Assembly (NCBI GenBank): GCA_002189035.1
Contig: NEEC01000008.1
Coordinates: 496,001-560,000 of the forward strand
Reading direction: 5' to 3'
DNA: 64,000 nt
From: Utricularia gibba
Lineage: Eukaryota > Plantae > Magnoliophyta
Shown piece by piece: positions 24,150-38,028 of this stretch; positions within the stretch are counted from its first letter, which is position 1; each line of letters starts with the position of its first letter. The translations under genes and the position numbers were made by a program. A model generated the notes under the pieces. That model was not told where the DNA came from, did not search any database, and saw nothing but the letters and a program-made list of their open reading frames with translations.

Positions 24150-26878
24150 CCTTGAACTAGCTGAGAGACCTTGATATGAGTGGATTGTAGAGAAGAAGTT
24201 TAAATAGGAATTGTGGTCTTTATACCAGTGATCAATGAAAGGATATTTGGTATGATGGGGTCCCCAAATAAAATAGAGTTTGCTGGTTAAGGTTAGTCTT
24301 TTTTTTTTCTTTGAATATGCAGGTTTTTTTCCTTTTCTGAAAACATGGGGAAGCTTGTGATTCTGACTCCCAAAGTTCATATTGTTATATTGAAATAGCT
24401 TTGAACTAATTTATTGAAGTTCATATCGTATCTTAGGCCTAAATTGGCGGCAATATCGCATTTTTCTAGATTTACTGCATAAGATACGATATGTGAACGC
24501 GAATTTTCCCTTTATAGTTGCTTTTCTTGAGGCAAGTTGTGTTTTGCTGGGGATCGTTGCAATGTTGGTGTCATGTTTTCAATTTTGACATTGGCAGGAC
24601 ACGTGTAGATTATCTCATTATCCTGTAACTTACAACAACAATATCACAAAAGGGAAGACGGAGTCATTGAAAACTTTTGTACTTGATAATGCATTATCTT
24701 GATACATATTTCCCATTGCTTTACAGGTCGATGGCAGGAATCTCGCCGACTTGAAAACGCTGGAAATTAAATATCCTGAACTTCACATGCATCGGTATTG
24801 ATGGCTAGATACTATGATTTTGGTAACCTTTTGTACCCATCTCCTTCCGTATAACAGACCTGGAGCGAACCATGATTCCTTGATCTTCCAGGGTTTCTCT
24901 GTGTCTGCATGCACTTGCTGATTGTGCCAATTAAGTTTTTGTGGTATTTCATCATCTTTAGACAATACAAATAGGAGGAGCAAGCAGCTCATGTGTTCTT
25001 GCAGGTATGCGTAATGCCTTAATGCATCTTTTCGAGTAGGTTGGGTTAGGTATCTGATAGTAATTTTAGGTACTTGCCTGTTAATCAATAATGGAGGGAG
25101 GATTAGATGGCGATTCTCGTGTGCATGGCTTGTCTGTGGATCATGCTCCCATGACATCAATATTTCCTCTGTGTTTGTTTGGAAGCAGTTGTTTGGTACT
25201 TGAACACTTGAGTGGGGGGTCTTGCTGTGAGAATCCCAGTTTAGTAAAAAAGGACAAGCATACGCAACACCCGAGTTTTTTGTCGTCTTTCCGTGTCTCG
25301 AACTGAATCATTGCACTAACCCTTGTCAAACTTTTTTTTGTTTAAGGGGGGTTTCACCATCTGTGTGTTCCTTTAGTTCCCGCCCATGGGCTAGAACATG
25401 GGGGGTGTCCTGAATTTTGTGCACGGGCCTCTTTCTGTTTGTCCTGTTATTCACCCACACCTGGTTTCAGAGACTACCCCCGTGATCATCTTGATCAAGA
25501 GGGCGCCCCATGTCCATGTCCGCCCACCTTTTCTATTCGTTGGATGGTATTTTATCTCATGATGAGATACTCTTTTTTTCCCTTGAATCATTTTGGTATT
25601 TATGAGGGTGGGGTATTTCTTACCTTACACACGGGGATTTTTTAATGTGGATCCCCAATTCCCTTGAGACTGATGAGCTAGCAGTGGACACATGCTGGGG
25701 ACTGAGATGCATTTTTTTATTGATTAAAAAAATAGCTGATTCTTTGGGACGTAGACATAATCAATATATTATTGTGTGTCTGTGTGTCCGTGTTGTAGAC
25801 ATTGAAGGGTGAGGATGCTTGCTTGGCTATTACATGGCTGGGGTGGCATGGAGCTGAATGTTGGCCAATATCAGTCTCGTGTGTTTGAAGGCTGCACAAA
25901 TTATTCTCTGCACTTGATGATTGGTGTTCATGATGAGCAGCAGATTGAAAAGGTGGTTGTGAAATGGAAGGGAGAAAGGGTATGAGAAATAGTGGTGATG
26001 GGACGATGAAGAATCCAAGCAGAAGACAGGCGGAATCCCCATCCCACCCTCCGTCTTCTTCTTCAGTTGGCTCCAAGGACAACCTGCCAGATCCATGTCC
26101 CTCAAACCCATCATTTAATCCTTCTTGCCCCCTCGTCACTCGACCAACCTACCTGGAAGCCTTGTTCTCTCTGGGACTTTCCATCGGTGTGCAGCAAATT
26201 TGGGCCTTTGCTGCTGGGCGCATCCATAGTAACACTCAACTTTGATACTTTTCCCAAGGACTGTGGACTCGAAAGCTTAAGTTGTTGGGTGTAACAATGG
26301 AGACAGAGGTGGAGAGGTTTATGGGGTTGGGGAGATTAAAGATTGTCTCTTGGAGCAATTCTTTGCAATGATACTGAATTGAAGGCCCCCGGTGGTCGCC
26401 CTACTTGCCGAAGAACTGATGATATCAGCATGAAGAGGAGTTTCAAAGTGCGTGATCGATTCACTCAAGCAACAACTTCCAAATTTATGTCATTGTAGTG
26501 AAGCCCTGGCTTTTGCCTACTGGGCGGGCCATGAATGATGAAAGCCCATGCACAAGTTGGAGAAGGAGCAGGAGCAGGAGTAGGAGCTCCAAGCTTAGCC
26601 GTTTCCTTTTTTAATGGGTGGCAGGATTAAAGACCAGTCTTGATTCCTGCTGCCTTTCCGATACACAACACATGGATGTAAGAGAAGATGGATTACCAAA
26701 CTTCCAAAAACCGCTGCTGGGCAAAAGAAAAAAGAATGAAGAGAAAGAGCTCTCTCTATGGGGGGAAGACCCCTCTCTCTACATGGGGAGAATACAAAAC
26801 AGACAAAAATCTGTACTTGTCGGCGACTGTACAGGTTTCGCCATCAAAGATGCACTCTGCTCCTCCTCGTCGTTGAAT

Positions 26879-29800
26879 TTAATCGTCAATTCTTTGCAGT
26901 TCACCCATCAGGATTCGATTGCTGGAGACCTTGAAGCCGAGGAGAGCAGGGTCGATGTGCCTGCCTTTCTTGCCCTTCTTTTTGTTGCTTCGTGCAGCAG
27001 CAGAAGCATCTGATGCTTCCGCTGGACCATGACTACTTTCCTGCGGGTTTGCCTTCTTGGAACTGCTTTTAAGCATCTCACTGAAAGAGGTCTCCAACAC
27101 ATCGGCATCATTGCACGATGATGTTCGACGGAACTGACCATCTTTCCTGACCGATGACTCCACATTTCCTGTGGGAGGTACAACATCAGCGAAGTTTCTT
27201 GAAGCCCAGGAATATTCTTATAACTCAACAGCCATCAAATGTAACAAGCTATCATGCTGCTAAAGAGAGAGAGGTAATATTTCCACAGGCCAGGCGCTAC
27301 GGGGAGGGAGGTAACTGTTCCTTCACTAATGCAAAGGGAGAGAAAAAAAAAAGAGGTGGAACAGAGTCACATCATACCATCAGTAGCTGACGCAACTGGA
27401 GGGCTTTTTCCCCTAACAACAGGATCAGGGGTAAATTCCGCTAGTCCTTCCAGAGAGGATGATGCAACGCGTGGGGCAGGTGGGCGCCTCAGCAAAACAT
27501 TCTCGGGAACTCTGTGGGTGGAACTTGTTTGCCTGGTGTTACATACAATGCATTCATAAGAGGCAGTCGGATAGGACACAGAGGAAATGAAAATGAAAGG
27601 TGGTTTTCAATTCCAGAAAACATCATTTTTTGGAGAAGAATTGTTTTCCAAGACAAAATAGCCATCAAGATCCACGGAACATTTTTTGAGGAATTCGCAT
27701 TTAGAATTGAACAGTCGGCCGTGTCTCACCTCTCCTTGGTGGCAATACCCATGTTCGTATCCTCAAATCCAATCTGGGTCTCTCCTGAGGAATGTCAGCA
27801 ACATCGAATTATTAAAGAAATAATAAATCGGCACGTAGCAAGAAAAACAAATAATCCAACAGACACAAGCATACCAGAAGGGTTGTTAAATGACTGATGC
27901 CTACGGAGAACATTGACTCGCACATCTCCATGAACAGGTGGCAGGCCGCCTACCAGACTTTGGTGACAATCTGACATCATTCCCTGAAAATAAATCAACA
28001 TCAGGGCTATAGTTTTGGGCTATTACGAACCATTCTTCTGAATAATTTTATAAAGACTCCCCCCCACCTGTGAGATATCATCAATGCCAGAAATGAACTG
28101 CCCTCCATCTACTGCCCCGACTGTGTGTTTATAAGGTAGCCCAGGAATTTCCTTAACACTTGGTACCCCCTCAGACAGGCGAATTTGAGGTAGTCCACCA
28201 GGTTCAGAAACATATGCCTTGATGCCACCGAGACCTGGTCCCTTATCAGAAAGGGGATCAACAGATTGGTCAGAGATCATCCCCTGATGATATCCTGAAG
28301 AAGGCCTTCTCTCGTGGGGCATCCCATATCTATCATCAAACTGCCCACTTGCCGTATGGCCTCCAGATTTCGGCTGCAATAATTCCATCAGCAAGCGCTT
28401 TGAAGTGTCATCATTATCAGCCAACATCCACGAATTGGAATCTTCAACACTGCGTTTTGCCTCTATTTCCCTTCTCTGCATTTCATTATGAACATGCTGT
28501 GGTTGAATTCTTGAATCCAGCCACTCGTTTGATGGCTGACCATTTCCCTCTGGCCAACCGGTTTCTGCTACATCCACTCGTGAAGAATGGAACTGGCTTT
28601 GTGATAATGGATTTTTGGGATGCTGAGGGAAAGCACCAACCTCGCCAACAGAGTACATCCTCGCAAGTTGGTCCTGCATTTCTAAAGCTTGAGAGCGACT
28701 CGATGAACTTAACATTTCTCGACTGACACCTGCAGATCCAGAAAGTGGTCGTGAGTTTTCAAAAGGTGATGCGGCAGCATCATAATGACTTTGCTGAAAT
28801 CTATCTTGTGCAGAAGTGCTGTGCTCTAGGTGGTTGATATGCTCCTCCACAGCTGGTGAATTACGGGAATAAAAATCCATATGACCAAAAGCAGAAGCCG
28901 CCCTCTGAGAATCTGCAGGGTTCCTGCGAAATTGATCAATCTCATCAATGGGCCAGCCTGCATTCATTTTCCTTCCATCTTCCATTTCCAACCGCTGCCT
29001 CAGTCCCAAAGGCACGTGCCTACCATGCAACTGATCTTGCTGATTAATCTGTTGATCAAGAGGATGCATCTGTCCATGTCTTCCATGCAGTACGAAATCA
29101 AGCAAATCATTTTGAATCCCCTGGTGGGACAGTTGACCAAAATTTGACTGCACAGTCTGCTCAAAACCTCCACCAAGATGTCTAGAAGAAAACTGGGAAC
29201 GTAGCTGTAAATCATTTAAGAGATGCTGCTGCTTTAGTAAAGCCAATGCCAATTCAGAATTCGATCTTGGCATATCCAAATCATGCTGCCCATGCCCAGG
29301 CTCATGCATTCTACCATGCAGCATCTGATCCAACATAAATTGTCTGGAGTGGGTCTTATGCTGCTTCAACAGCATTTGCTGTTCATGGAATTGCTGCTGT
29401 TGTTGAAGTTGCAGCTGCCTTTGCTGTTGCTGAAGTTGCATCTGCCTCTGCTGCTGCATCTGGAGGGCCAGCATATGCATCATTTCTGGCCTTGTCTGGC
29501 TTGAAAGCTGATTCTGGCTTATCTTTATTGCTTCATTTATGCGTGCACTATTAGGCAGCATGACATCCTGCTGCTGAAGATGCTGAGACAGCATCTTTTC
29601 AGATAAACCAGGATGGTTGTGTTCCATGTTCAATCTTGAAGAATGACTCGTGTCTACAACACCCTGATGGAAGTTGGAGTCAAACGTATTACCACCAAAA
29701 ACACCATTCCATGAATCAGAGGGGACATTCAAATCTGTCTTCATCCCAAGCGAGGAAAACCTTCCAGAAAGAGGGTCCATAAGCTTCTCTGTACCTCCTT

Positions 29801-32800
29801 GAGGTACTGGATCATTCTTTGAGTATGTATTTTCCAGCTCAGACCACAACATACGCAGAGAGTGTGGGTTACCATCCATCTGGTTTTTCGTGCCAGATTC
29901 CATTAGGTCAATAGGAGGATAAAACTGGTTGCTAGAATTTGTCGCAGGGTCAATGTAACCTATTGGAATCTTCCCTATTGCTCCGCTACCACTTCCAGGT
30001 CTCCCAGGAAACAGTGTTTCTGCATTAAAAAAAAAAAAGACGTGCAAAAATGAGATTATGCATCTTAAATAGAAAACCCAATGTAAAGTACAAGAATCCA
30101 ACCTTCATCATGGCCACCAAGGTAATTGAAATCTTCACTGCGAGAAATCAAGTTTTGTGAATGATTACGTCCATGACCAGAAACTTGTGAGTCAACAAAT
30201 TGTGCAGAAATAGGATCTACATCAGGCTGTTTCCAGTGAGAGCCATCACTAGCGGAATTCAAAGCAGGACTAGGAACAAGAATGCCAGATTGACCACATG
30301 CTTCACTTGCACCTTCCACAAAGTGGGTCAAGTTTTCTGGAACATTACCCAAAGAAGTTAGAGTACCATAATTTTGATACTTCAAATGAGGCATAACATC
30401 TCCCAATTCACAGAAGGGAGAATCAACAGGAGCATCTTCCAAACGAACAGGCAGCTCAGTCCCAAAGAAACCTTGCTCAAACCATGATATGACATCCTCA
30501 CCAAGAAATGGCCCCTGAATTTCTCCCTGAGGATCACGATAAAACAAGCTTAATTCTTCTGGGGGAACTCCTCTTCGAAGCTGAGAACCACTGATTAAGT
30601 GTCCCATATCTTGCTGTTGGCGATCCCAATACTGCTCCGAGGTTGCAGCAAAAGAAGTATTTGACTGCTCCGGAAATTTATTGCTACTTTCAAGTTGTAC
30701 AGCCAACTCTTGAGTATCAGCCACAGAAAGATGGTTAGTGGAGTTGACTACTTTTGGCAATGCATCAGCAGACAGATCACCAGTTGGATTCTTTAGGCTG
30801 GAAATATCCATCTCTTTTCTTGCATTGGCTTTTGAAACATCACTTGGTCCTCCAACATAAACTGCCCTTTCTGAGGTATGGTTAAACAAGAATTCTCAGA
30901 CTTAGCGAACATCAAACCACAAAAAGCGACAGCTAAATTTCACTGTATACATTACCTGTTGCAGACAGATTACTGTAGGGGCTCTTTTCAACAGTGACTT
31001 CACATGCATCTGTTAAAGACTTATGAAACTCCCCCTGCATCTCCCCTGTAAGATCTGAGGAAAACATGCTTTGCCTTCCATTTAAAAATTCAGAATCTCC
31101 AAATTCTGGGAAAATCAAGGAGAACAGAAATAATATTATGTAATCAATGAAGATATAAACATGTTGTGAAGGACAAAATATAGATGACTAAGCCAGACCT
31201 GAAGTATCATTAGTTGATCTGCCTTTTTTGAATGAGCTGTAAGAAGCCCCACTACTGGTTAATTGACCGTTACATATCTCATTCAGGATTCCCTGAAAAT
31301 AGAAAAGAGAGTCAGGCACAGACTATTATAATTTCAAAGATGATACAATCATTTCATTTCCCAAGTAGAGTCCAATATCGCACGAGTATAATAGCTTGAT
31401 AAACCTCACCTGCTGCTCAGAATCGGGGGCATCAAATGCTAAGGGTTCAATCACATCGCTTAGAGTATAGGGGGCCACTTCGTCCATGTTGTCTGGTATC
31501 TTGTCAAACAACAAATTCATTTTCTTCCTACGATATATATCAAGCAATTTGCCCCTTGGATAAACATATGTTGCACCAGCAGAATTTCGGTTGCCTGGAA
31601 TGTTACCACCCATGTCACATTGACCAACACCCACTGCACCTACAGGGGTTCCCAAAATGGAAACAGCTGTTCTGCCTCGACCTACAGTAAACCCCACATA
31701 TGAGGCCTCTGCTCGTCCCCTTTCAATTCCAAACCCTGGTGCAGCACGATGAGACCCAGGAGCACCAGGATTTCCCTCCAACCTGTGGCGCGGCCTCCAT
31801 TTATCACGAGATTCAGCATCACGATCAGGAATAGACCGAACATTTGAAACCGATGACTGAACTTCACCTTGTGGCTCTTCCTTCTCCATATCAGCCTTTT
31901 TTTCCACTCGAGAATCCTTTTTTTTGTCATCAGGACCCCATCTTGCAGACCATTTACCATCACGCCGCGCATCAGAATTGCGATTTCCAGTATCATGCCA
32001 ACGTTCAGCAGCAACCAAAGACTTCTCATTTGTTTCTCTGCCAGTAGCATTATCAGTACGTCCATCGACTTTTCGGCGGTCTCTTCGAGCAAGCAATCCA
32101 GTTTCCCTTTCTTCTTCACGCCACCGGCGACCAGCATCCAGTTCAGCAATTTTTCTCCAATCCTTCTTTTCACCAGGTGTATCTGAACGCCAGGCCTCCT
32201 TTTGGTTCAAGTCAGAAGAATTCCCAAGTGAAAGAGAACTTGGACCACGAATTTCCTATTGAAAAAAAAAAAAGCCGTGAAGAACACAAAAAAATGAGGA
32301 AGAGCCAACGTTATCCTCAATACATTGTTAGGCTAAATCACTTCCTCAAGAGTATCCAACATTAATGGCACAAAGTACCTACCATTTTAGGCTCGTTTGG
32401 CCTTGCATACAGCCACTGTGGAGACAGAGGGATGTTTTCAGAAGCTCCTTGATCTGAAGCAACAAGGTATCAGAATGAAGGGAAGATGTGAGCCATCCAA
32501 CAGAAATAAGAGATTCCATTTACAAAGCATGATAGAAAAGAAAATTCCTGTCACCTTTCGCTTCCTCTAGTATACCTCCCGAGCCCTTATCTTCATCAAC
32601 TCCTTCATTGCAGACATTAACATACATCAGCAAGATTAAAAAAAAGAAAAAACACTACCAGATGAACATAAAATCGCTAAAAAATAAACCCAAACTTGAA
32701 GCAGATTGAACCACAATCCCCGGCTTAATAGAAGCAATAGATGAAAATATAACCCCAAGTTAGAGTCAACCAACTTAAACAATGAAGCCACAAAACCAAA

Positions 32801-33074
32801 TAAAAACGCGCGCTATATTTCGAAATAAACGTTCAAAAAAATTACAACCAGTTTAAATAGCAAATCTGAAGTAGGGAACCTGAATTGGAACACATAATTC
32901 ACAGAAAGCAACATCGCAAAGGCAGATCAGATCGATAGATTAAGGCACAGAATCGAGAAACCAGAGAAAAAGAAACAACAACAGACTCAGATTTTTACCA
33001 TTCGGATTCCAAGACTGATCGGAATGCTTAGATGCGATGAGATCTTCCGGAAGATCCAGCTTGCTCTCCGCCAT
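26879..33074 (-). CDS. GYF-domain protein (GIGYF/EXA1-related, At1g24300/At1g27430-like), about 12 exons
   Basis: Start [15 protein letters not shown]; [10 protein letters not shown] motif; GYF domain [36 protein letters not shown] (~30430-30550); Q-rich tract; C-terminus [34 protein letters not shown]. Exon phases checked by eye are consistent. Confidence 0.92.
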
Positions 33075-33255
33075 GACAAAAAGTTGTTATTCCACAAAAA
33101 ACAAAAACTCAGAAAACGAACGCACCGCCACGGCAAACCCCGATGGCGCCGACGTAACAAAAAAAAGTCGAACCGGAGACCGGAAACACCAATAATTCAA
33201 AGAGCAACGGATGAAGGCATGAAAACGTAGAAATACAAATCACGCCACACGAGGA

Positions 33256-33625
33256 TTAGGGTTTCGGAGGGCCTCTACGGATTGTGCGCTTGCTGGAAGT
33301 GCAGGAGAGGGTTTGGGTGGTGAGAAGAGCCAAATCAACAACATCGGCAATTTCGATTTCATCCTACTCCAAGGGTTTCATCATTTTTCAAAAGCTGGTC
33401 CTACCATTTCTCGGAATTTGCATTTTCATACCCAAAAAACAAACACAATTGGGCCCCTCGTGGATCCGAGCCAGCTCCTCTACTCAACACAGACCCATAA
33501 AACGGCAGATTTTCAGATCCAGTATCCCAAACCCATGTATTAAAATCAAGCAAGCACCTTTTAATTTAATTGGTTCGGCCCAAAATAGGCCCAATACGGA
33601 GAAATTACTGGGTAGGCGCGGCCCA
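33256..33625. promoter_or_regulatory. Telobox plus clustered site II elements upstream of the GYF gene
   Basis: TTAGGGTTT (AAACCCTAA reverse) at 33256-33264; TGGGCC/GGCCCA at 33450, 33577, 33588 and 33620. Confidence 0.6.
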
Positions 33626-34791
33626 GGCGTTGATTTGCTGGAAGCAAGGATGGACCCCTGGACCATCTCAAGCCCTGGTTGGAAAAAGGCAACTGCCGGG
33701 GGGGGGGGGATCAATCTTCAGTTCCTGCTGTACCCATTTTGGGGTTGGGGTTGTACCGTACGCTCCGGTACATCTCCATGATCCCAAATCCAACCGACGC
33801 CGGCTGCTTCCCCCCCCCCCCCCCCACACACTCGGAGTCGTCGATTCTTATCTACTCATGGATCCATGTATCCCCCCGTTCTGGATTCTAGTCGTGTATG
33901 TGAATATCGTCATCTTCAGCATCTGTGATCAATTTTGTTATGATGGCGGGGAAGGTCCACAGTAAAAAACCATACTTTAATACTTCAAGGTGGGTTTCCG
34001 GTATGCAACAACCCCGGTTCTGGATTACGTATGTCATTGCAATGCAATTTCTATTCCATTTCGTTCAGAAGTGAAAGGAGGGGAGAGGGTTGGATTTCCA
34101 CCTACCATTGCATTAATTTGGGCCTGCAACGTTGGTTGTCAAATGGAATGAACACTGAACGGGGTTGAAGGAATCTTCTTTCCACACGGGTGAGACTTGT
34201 ACATACTGGTAATTGAAATTCTCTTTCTCCTTACGTATACTGTCAGATTTGGATTTCTTTTTTTTGTTTAAATATGCTCTATGGGGAGGTTGGACGATGC
34301 ATTTACCAAACACTAATTGTTTGGTCAAAGGTGAGATGACGAAGAAGAACACGGGAGGGGCGCGTGTGAATCATCTCCTTAGCTGCTGCATCTTCAGATC
34401 TACCGTCATTTATGTGTGTAAACATGCACAATTGAACTGCATAATCAGCGGCAGGGAAGAGATTTGCTGCTTGACTCTTCTTAATTGTTCCTTTCTTGTT
34501 CTTCGCGCTTGTCTTGTGCTTTGAGCTGGCCGTATCTCTTGAAGAGATTTCCTGCTTTCTTCACCTCGCTTTCTAGCGGTCTCCTTGTTCACTTGCTGTC
34601 TCAATTGTCGAATCTCATCGGAGGGTAAGATTGGATTGGATTTTGCAGGATTTAAGATCAGACCCAGTATTTTTATCGGCATTGACTGCGGAATTGAGTT
34701 AAAGAAATGAATGTTGACTGATTGAAATCTGGTTTTGCTGGAGAAGACGAAGGGCCTGGAATAGGATTTTTTTTTTTTGAGTTTGGGGAAA

Positions 34792-36674
34792 ATGGGTTGT
34801 TTTCCTTGTTTTGAATCAAGGGAAGAGGAGAAACTCGACCCGAATAAAGGCGGAGATGATCTTTCAGAAGTGCATCCGCCTGTTCCTTCAAATATATCAA
34901 AACTGTCATCCGGTGAGCGTATATTTTGTATCAATTCTTGCATTCCTTTTTCTGGGCCCTTCCTGTAGCTTTCACTTATTGCTTCCTTTTTCTGCTCCTT
35001 TACTTAGATTTGATCTTTATCGTATCAGTGATTTCTTGTATTTATGTGTGTGGTTTCTGCTTCTATGCCAGGAGGAGTGAAACTGAAATCTAGAAGTGGA
35101 GTGGGTCTTCAAAAGGAGCTGTCGCATCTGAAGAACTCCCCCGATACACAGATTGCCGCCCAGACATTCACATTCCGCGAGCTTGCCAATGCCACAGATA
35201 ATTTCAAGCCAGAATGTTTCTTAGGTGAGGGTGGCTTTGGACGAGTTTACAGAGGAAGGCTGCCAAATGGTCAGGTTGAAAATCTTCACCGATGCTGCTC
35301 TTCATTGCAATGCTGGCTTCAGGATATTGTCATTGATTTTCAGTTTTTGCAGGTGGTTGCTGTAAAGCAGTTGGATAGGAATGGACTCCAGGGTAACCGA
35401 GAATTCTTGGTTGAGGTGCTGATGCTTAGTATGCTGCACCATCAAAATTTAGTGAATTTAATGGGTTATTGTGCTGATGGGGATCAGAGGCTTCTGGTGT
35501 ATGAGTTCATGCCTCTAGGATCATTAGAAGATCACCTACATGGTAAACACTTTTTCATTCGAACTCTCTAGGGGTGTTTACAGAACACGGATGCTAAAAA
35601 GTATTCCTTGGTGTATAAGGACCAAGGACAGAACACGGATGCTAATTTGATACTAATCTCAGAGAGTGTGATTTATAAAAAGCTAGGAAGTATCAAGCCA
35701 GAGGGCTGTGTTGATGCTATGAATTTTGTGGATTATGATGAAGCTGCAGGTTGATTGGTTCGGGGATTTGGTTTTTGCAGATCTTCCTCCGGATAAAGAA
35801 CCACTTGACTGGAACACAAGAATGAAGATAGCAGCTGGTGCGGCAAAGGGACTGGAGTATCTTCATGACAAGGCCAAGCCTCCTGTTATTTACAGAGACT
35901 TCAAGTCCTCGAACATATTACTTGGCGAGGGCTTCTTCCCAAAACTTTCTGACTTTGGACTTGCAAAGCTTGGCCCGACGGGAGACAAGTCCCATGTATC
36001 GACGAGGGTGATGGGGACGTATGGCTACTGTGCACCCGAGTATGCCATGACCGGGCAACTGACCGTCAAGTCAGATGTTTACAGCTTCGGGGTCGTCTTC
36101 TTAGAGCTGATCACCGGCCGGAAAGCCATTGACAACACTCAGCCACAAGGGGAGCAGAACCTTGTTTCGTGGGTGAGTAAATGAATTGTTTAGATGGTAT
36201 GCTATGCGGGAGGATTTATTTGTTTTGCTATCTTTCTTGTCTGTGATTCGCATGTGATAGACCCGCCCGCTGTTCAACGACCGGAAGAAGCTAGCGAAGC
36301 TGGCGGATCCGAGGCTTCAAGGCAAGTTCCCGATGCGGGGGCTGTACCAAGCACTAGCAGTTGCTTCCATGTGCACACAGGAACAGGCTGCCGCCCGCCC
36401 CCTGATCGGAGATGTTGTGACGGCACTGTCGTACCTGGTGAACCAGCCGTATCACGATCCCAGCTTAGCTCCCGCACACAGCAAACACGAGCGCGCGTTG
36501 AAGGTGGTGCGAAGTGAAGACGCGGGAGAGGTGGAGGGATCCGAGAAAGAGGATTCGCCCCGAGAAGTCACGAGGAGGGACTTGGACCGCGAACGAGCGG
36601 TGGCTGAAGCCAAAATGTGGGGGGAGAATTGGCGTGACAGGAGGAGACAGTCCACGCTCAGAAGCGTGATCTAG
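34792..36674 (+). CDS. PBS1: Receptor-like cytoplasmic kinase VII, PBS1-like, 5 exons
   Basis: Exons 34792-34912, 35072-35274, 35353-35542, 35781-36172, 36261-36674. MGCFPCF acylation motif; [11 protein letters not shown]; [26 protein letters not shown]; C-terminal [19 protein letters not shown]. Confidence 0.92.
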
Positions 36675-38028
36675 CAAGCCATGCAGTGCGTTGCTGTAGC
36701 AGCACTGACTTATGAACTCTGTTGAATTCAAGCACCAGGTTGTAATGTGATGCAGGTGATGAGGAGGAGAGAAGAAGATGAGCTTCGTTCGTAAATGTGA
36801 TGATGATGATGATGGTGGTGGTCAGTCAGTCAGCATCCACACGCAAACTGCGTTTGACCATCCAACCCCACTGCACTGCACTACGATGCATGTCTGTCTG
36901 GTCTGCTACTGCTGATGTCGCAAGAAAGCCGTACCCAATCACGACTGGTTACCCCGTTCCCCAGGAGGCTTCCCTGTCAATTCACGTGCCTCCGCCTCTC
37001 TTTCTTTTCCTTCTCGTAAATGCCCAGCTCTGAATGACGACGCCATTGAAGAAACTTCAAGAGAATTAATTCTGAATGACCGCACACGATCAATCTCCTC
37101 TAGAACGAGCTCCTCTTCCTTTTCTTTTCCCTCTTGTATTATGGGGAAGAAGGAAGCTAGCCACATGATGATTGCTGGTAGCTCAGCTCGGACGTTTGAA
37201 TCCAGCAGAACCAATGAACTATAAAGGGAGGGAGCTCCTACCTTTTTTTTTTCTTTTTTCCGTTTTTCTTCATTGCATGCCAGCCAATTGCCATAACCAC
37301 ACACACGCACACGCACACGGATGCTTGTTGATGTACTGCCCTCCCCACCGTCCGCAATTTACAAGAATGCCATGCCTTTTGTTCTAGAATACATCCTATG
37401 CAGTTGAATCATTTTTATATTGGATTAAATTCAATTAAATATATTATGAAATTTAACATTTTTAAATTTCAATATAAAAAATTATTGATCATATTCGACC
37501 TCACGTTTTAAAACACGTCGTCCGCCTTTCTGAAATTTATGCGCACAACCTCTTTTATTTTATTTTTTTTATATTTAATTACTATTTGCGACGAGCGATT
37601 GGACGCTTTTTTCCTACCATTTTTTGTCGTTAAAATGTATTATGGAAGCGTTAATTTCCATGGTATTCCCAGTCCACGCGCGAGGAGAGAGTGGTTTCCA
37701 CGGGACAAAATTCAAAAGCAAATCTCTCTCGGGTACATTGAGTCTACTTCACGCTAAATGCCTCCCTTGCATAAATAACTTGCTGTTTTTTATTCGACCG
37801 AAAAAAAAGAAAAACCGTGTGTGTTGTGTGGTCCGTGTCTCCCATCTCCCTCCCAACACTCGACTATAAAGAAGCTGCCTTCCCCTTCTCACATCACCGT
37901 CCACCAGACTCCTCCCCCCTCCCTGCCTGCCTGCCTCCTCTTCTTCTTACTCCCAAATACTGAAGCCTTTTTGTTGGTGGGATTGAGGTCAGAGGAGTCA
38001 TTTCCCACCACCCTTGTTCAGTTCAGAA

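Noticed and set aside
25670-25705. CTGATGAG followed by a short stem, suggesting a hammerhead ribozyme (retrozyme) or C/D snoRNA
   Set aside because: No GAAA core follows the stem and there are no flanking helices; the C-box context and spacing to a D box are unconvincing.
29330-29500. CAG/CAA-rich repeat in the GYF gene
   Set aside because: Encodes the Q-rich tract that is normal for this protein family.
35581-35645. 17-bp direct repeat CAGAACACGGATGCTAA in PBS1 intron 3
   Set aside because: Two copies only, consistent with a small intronic duplication; no evidence of function.
36600-36720. Apparently short PBS1 C-terminus (…[11 protein letters not shown]) as another frameshift
   Set aside because: No clear homopolymer lesion, and the tail is poorly conserved in the family, so it cannot be called.
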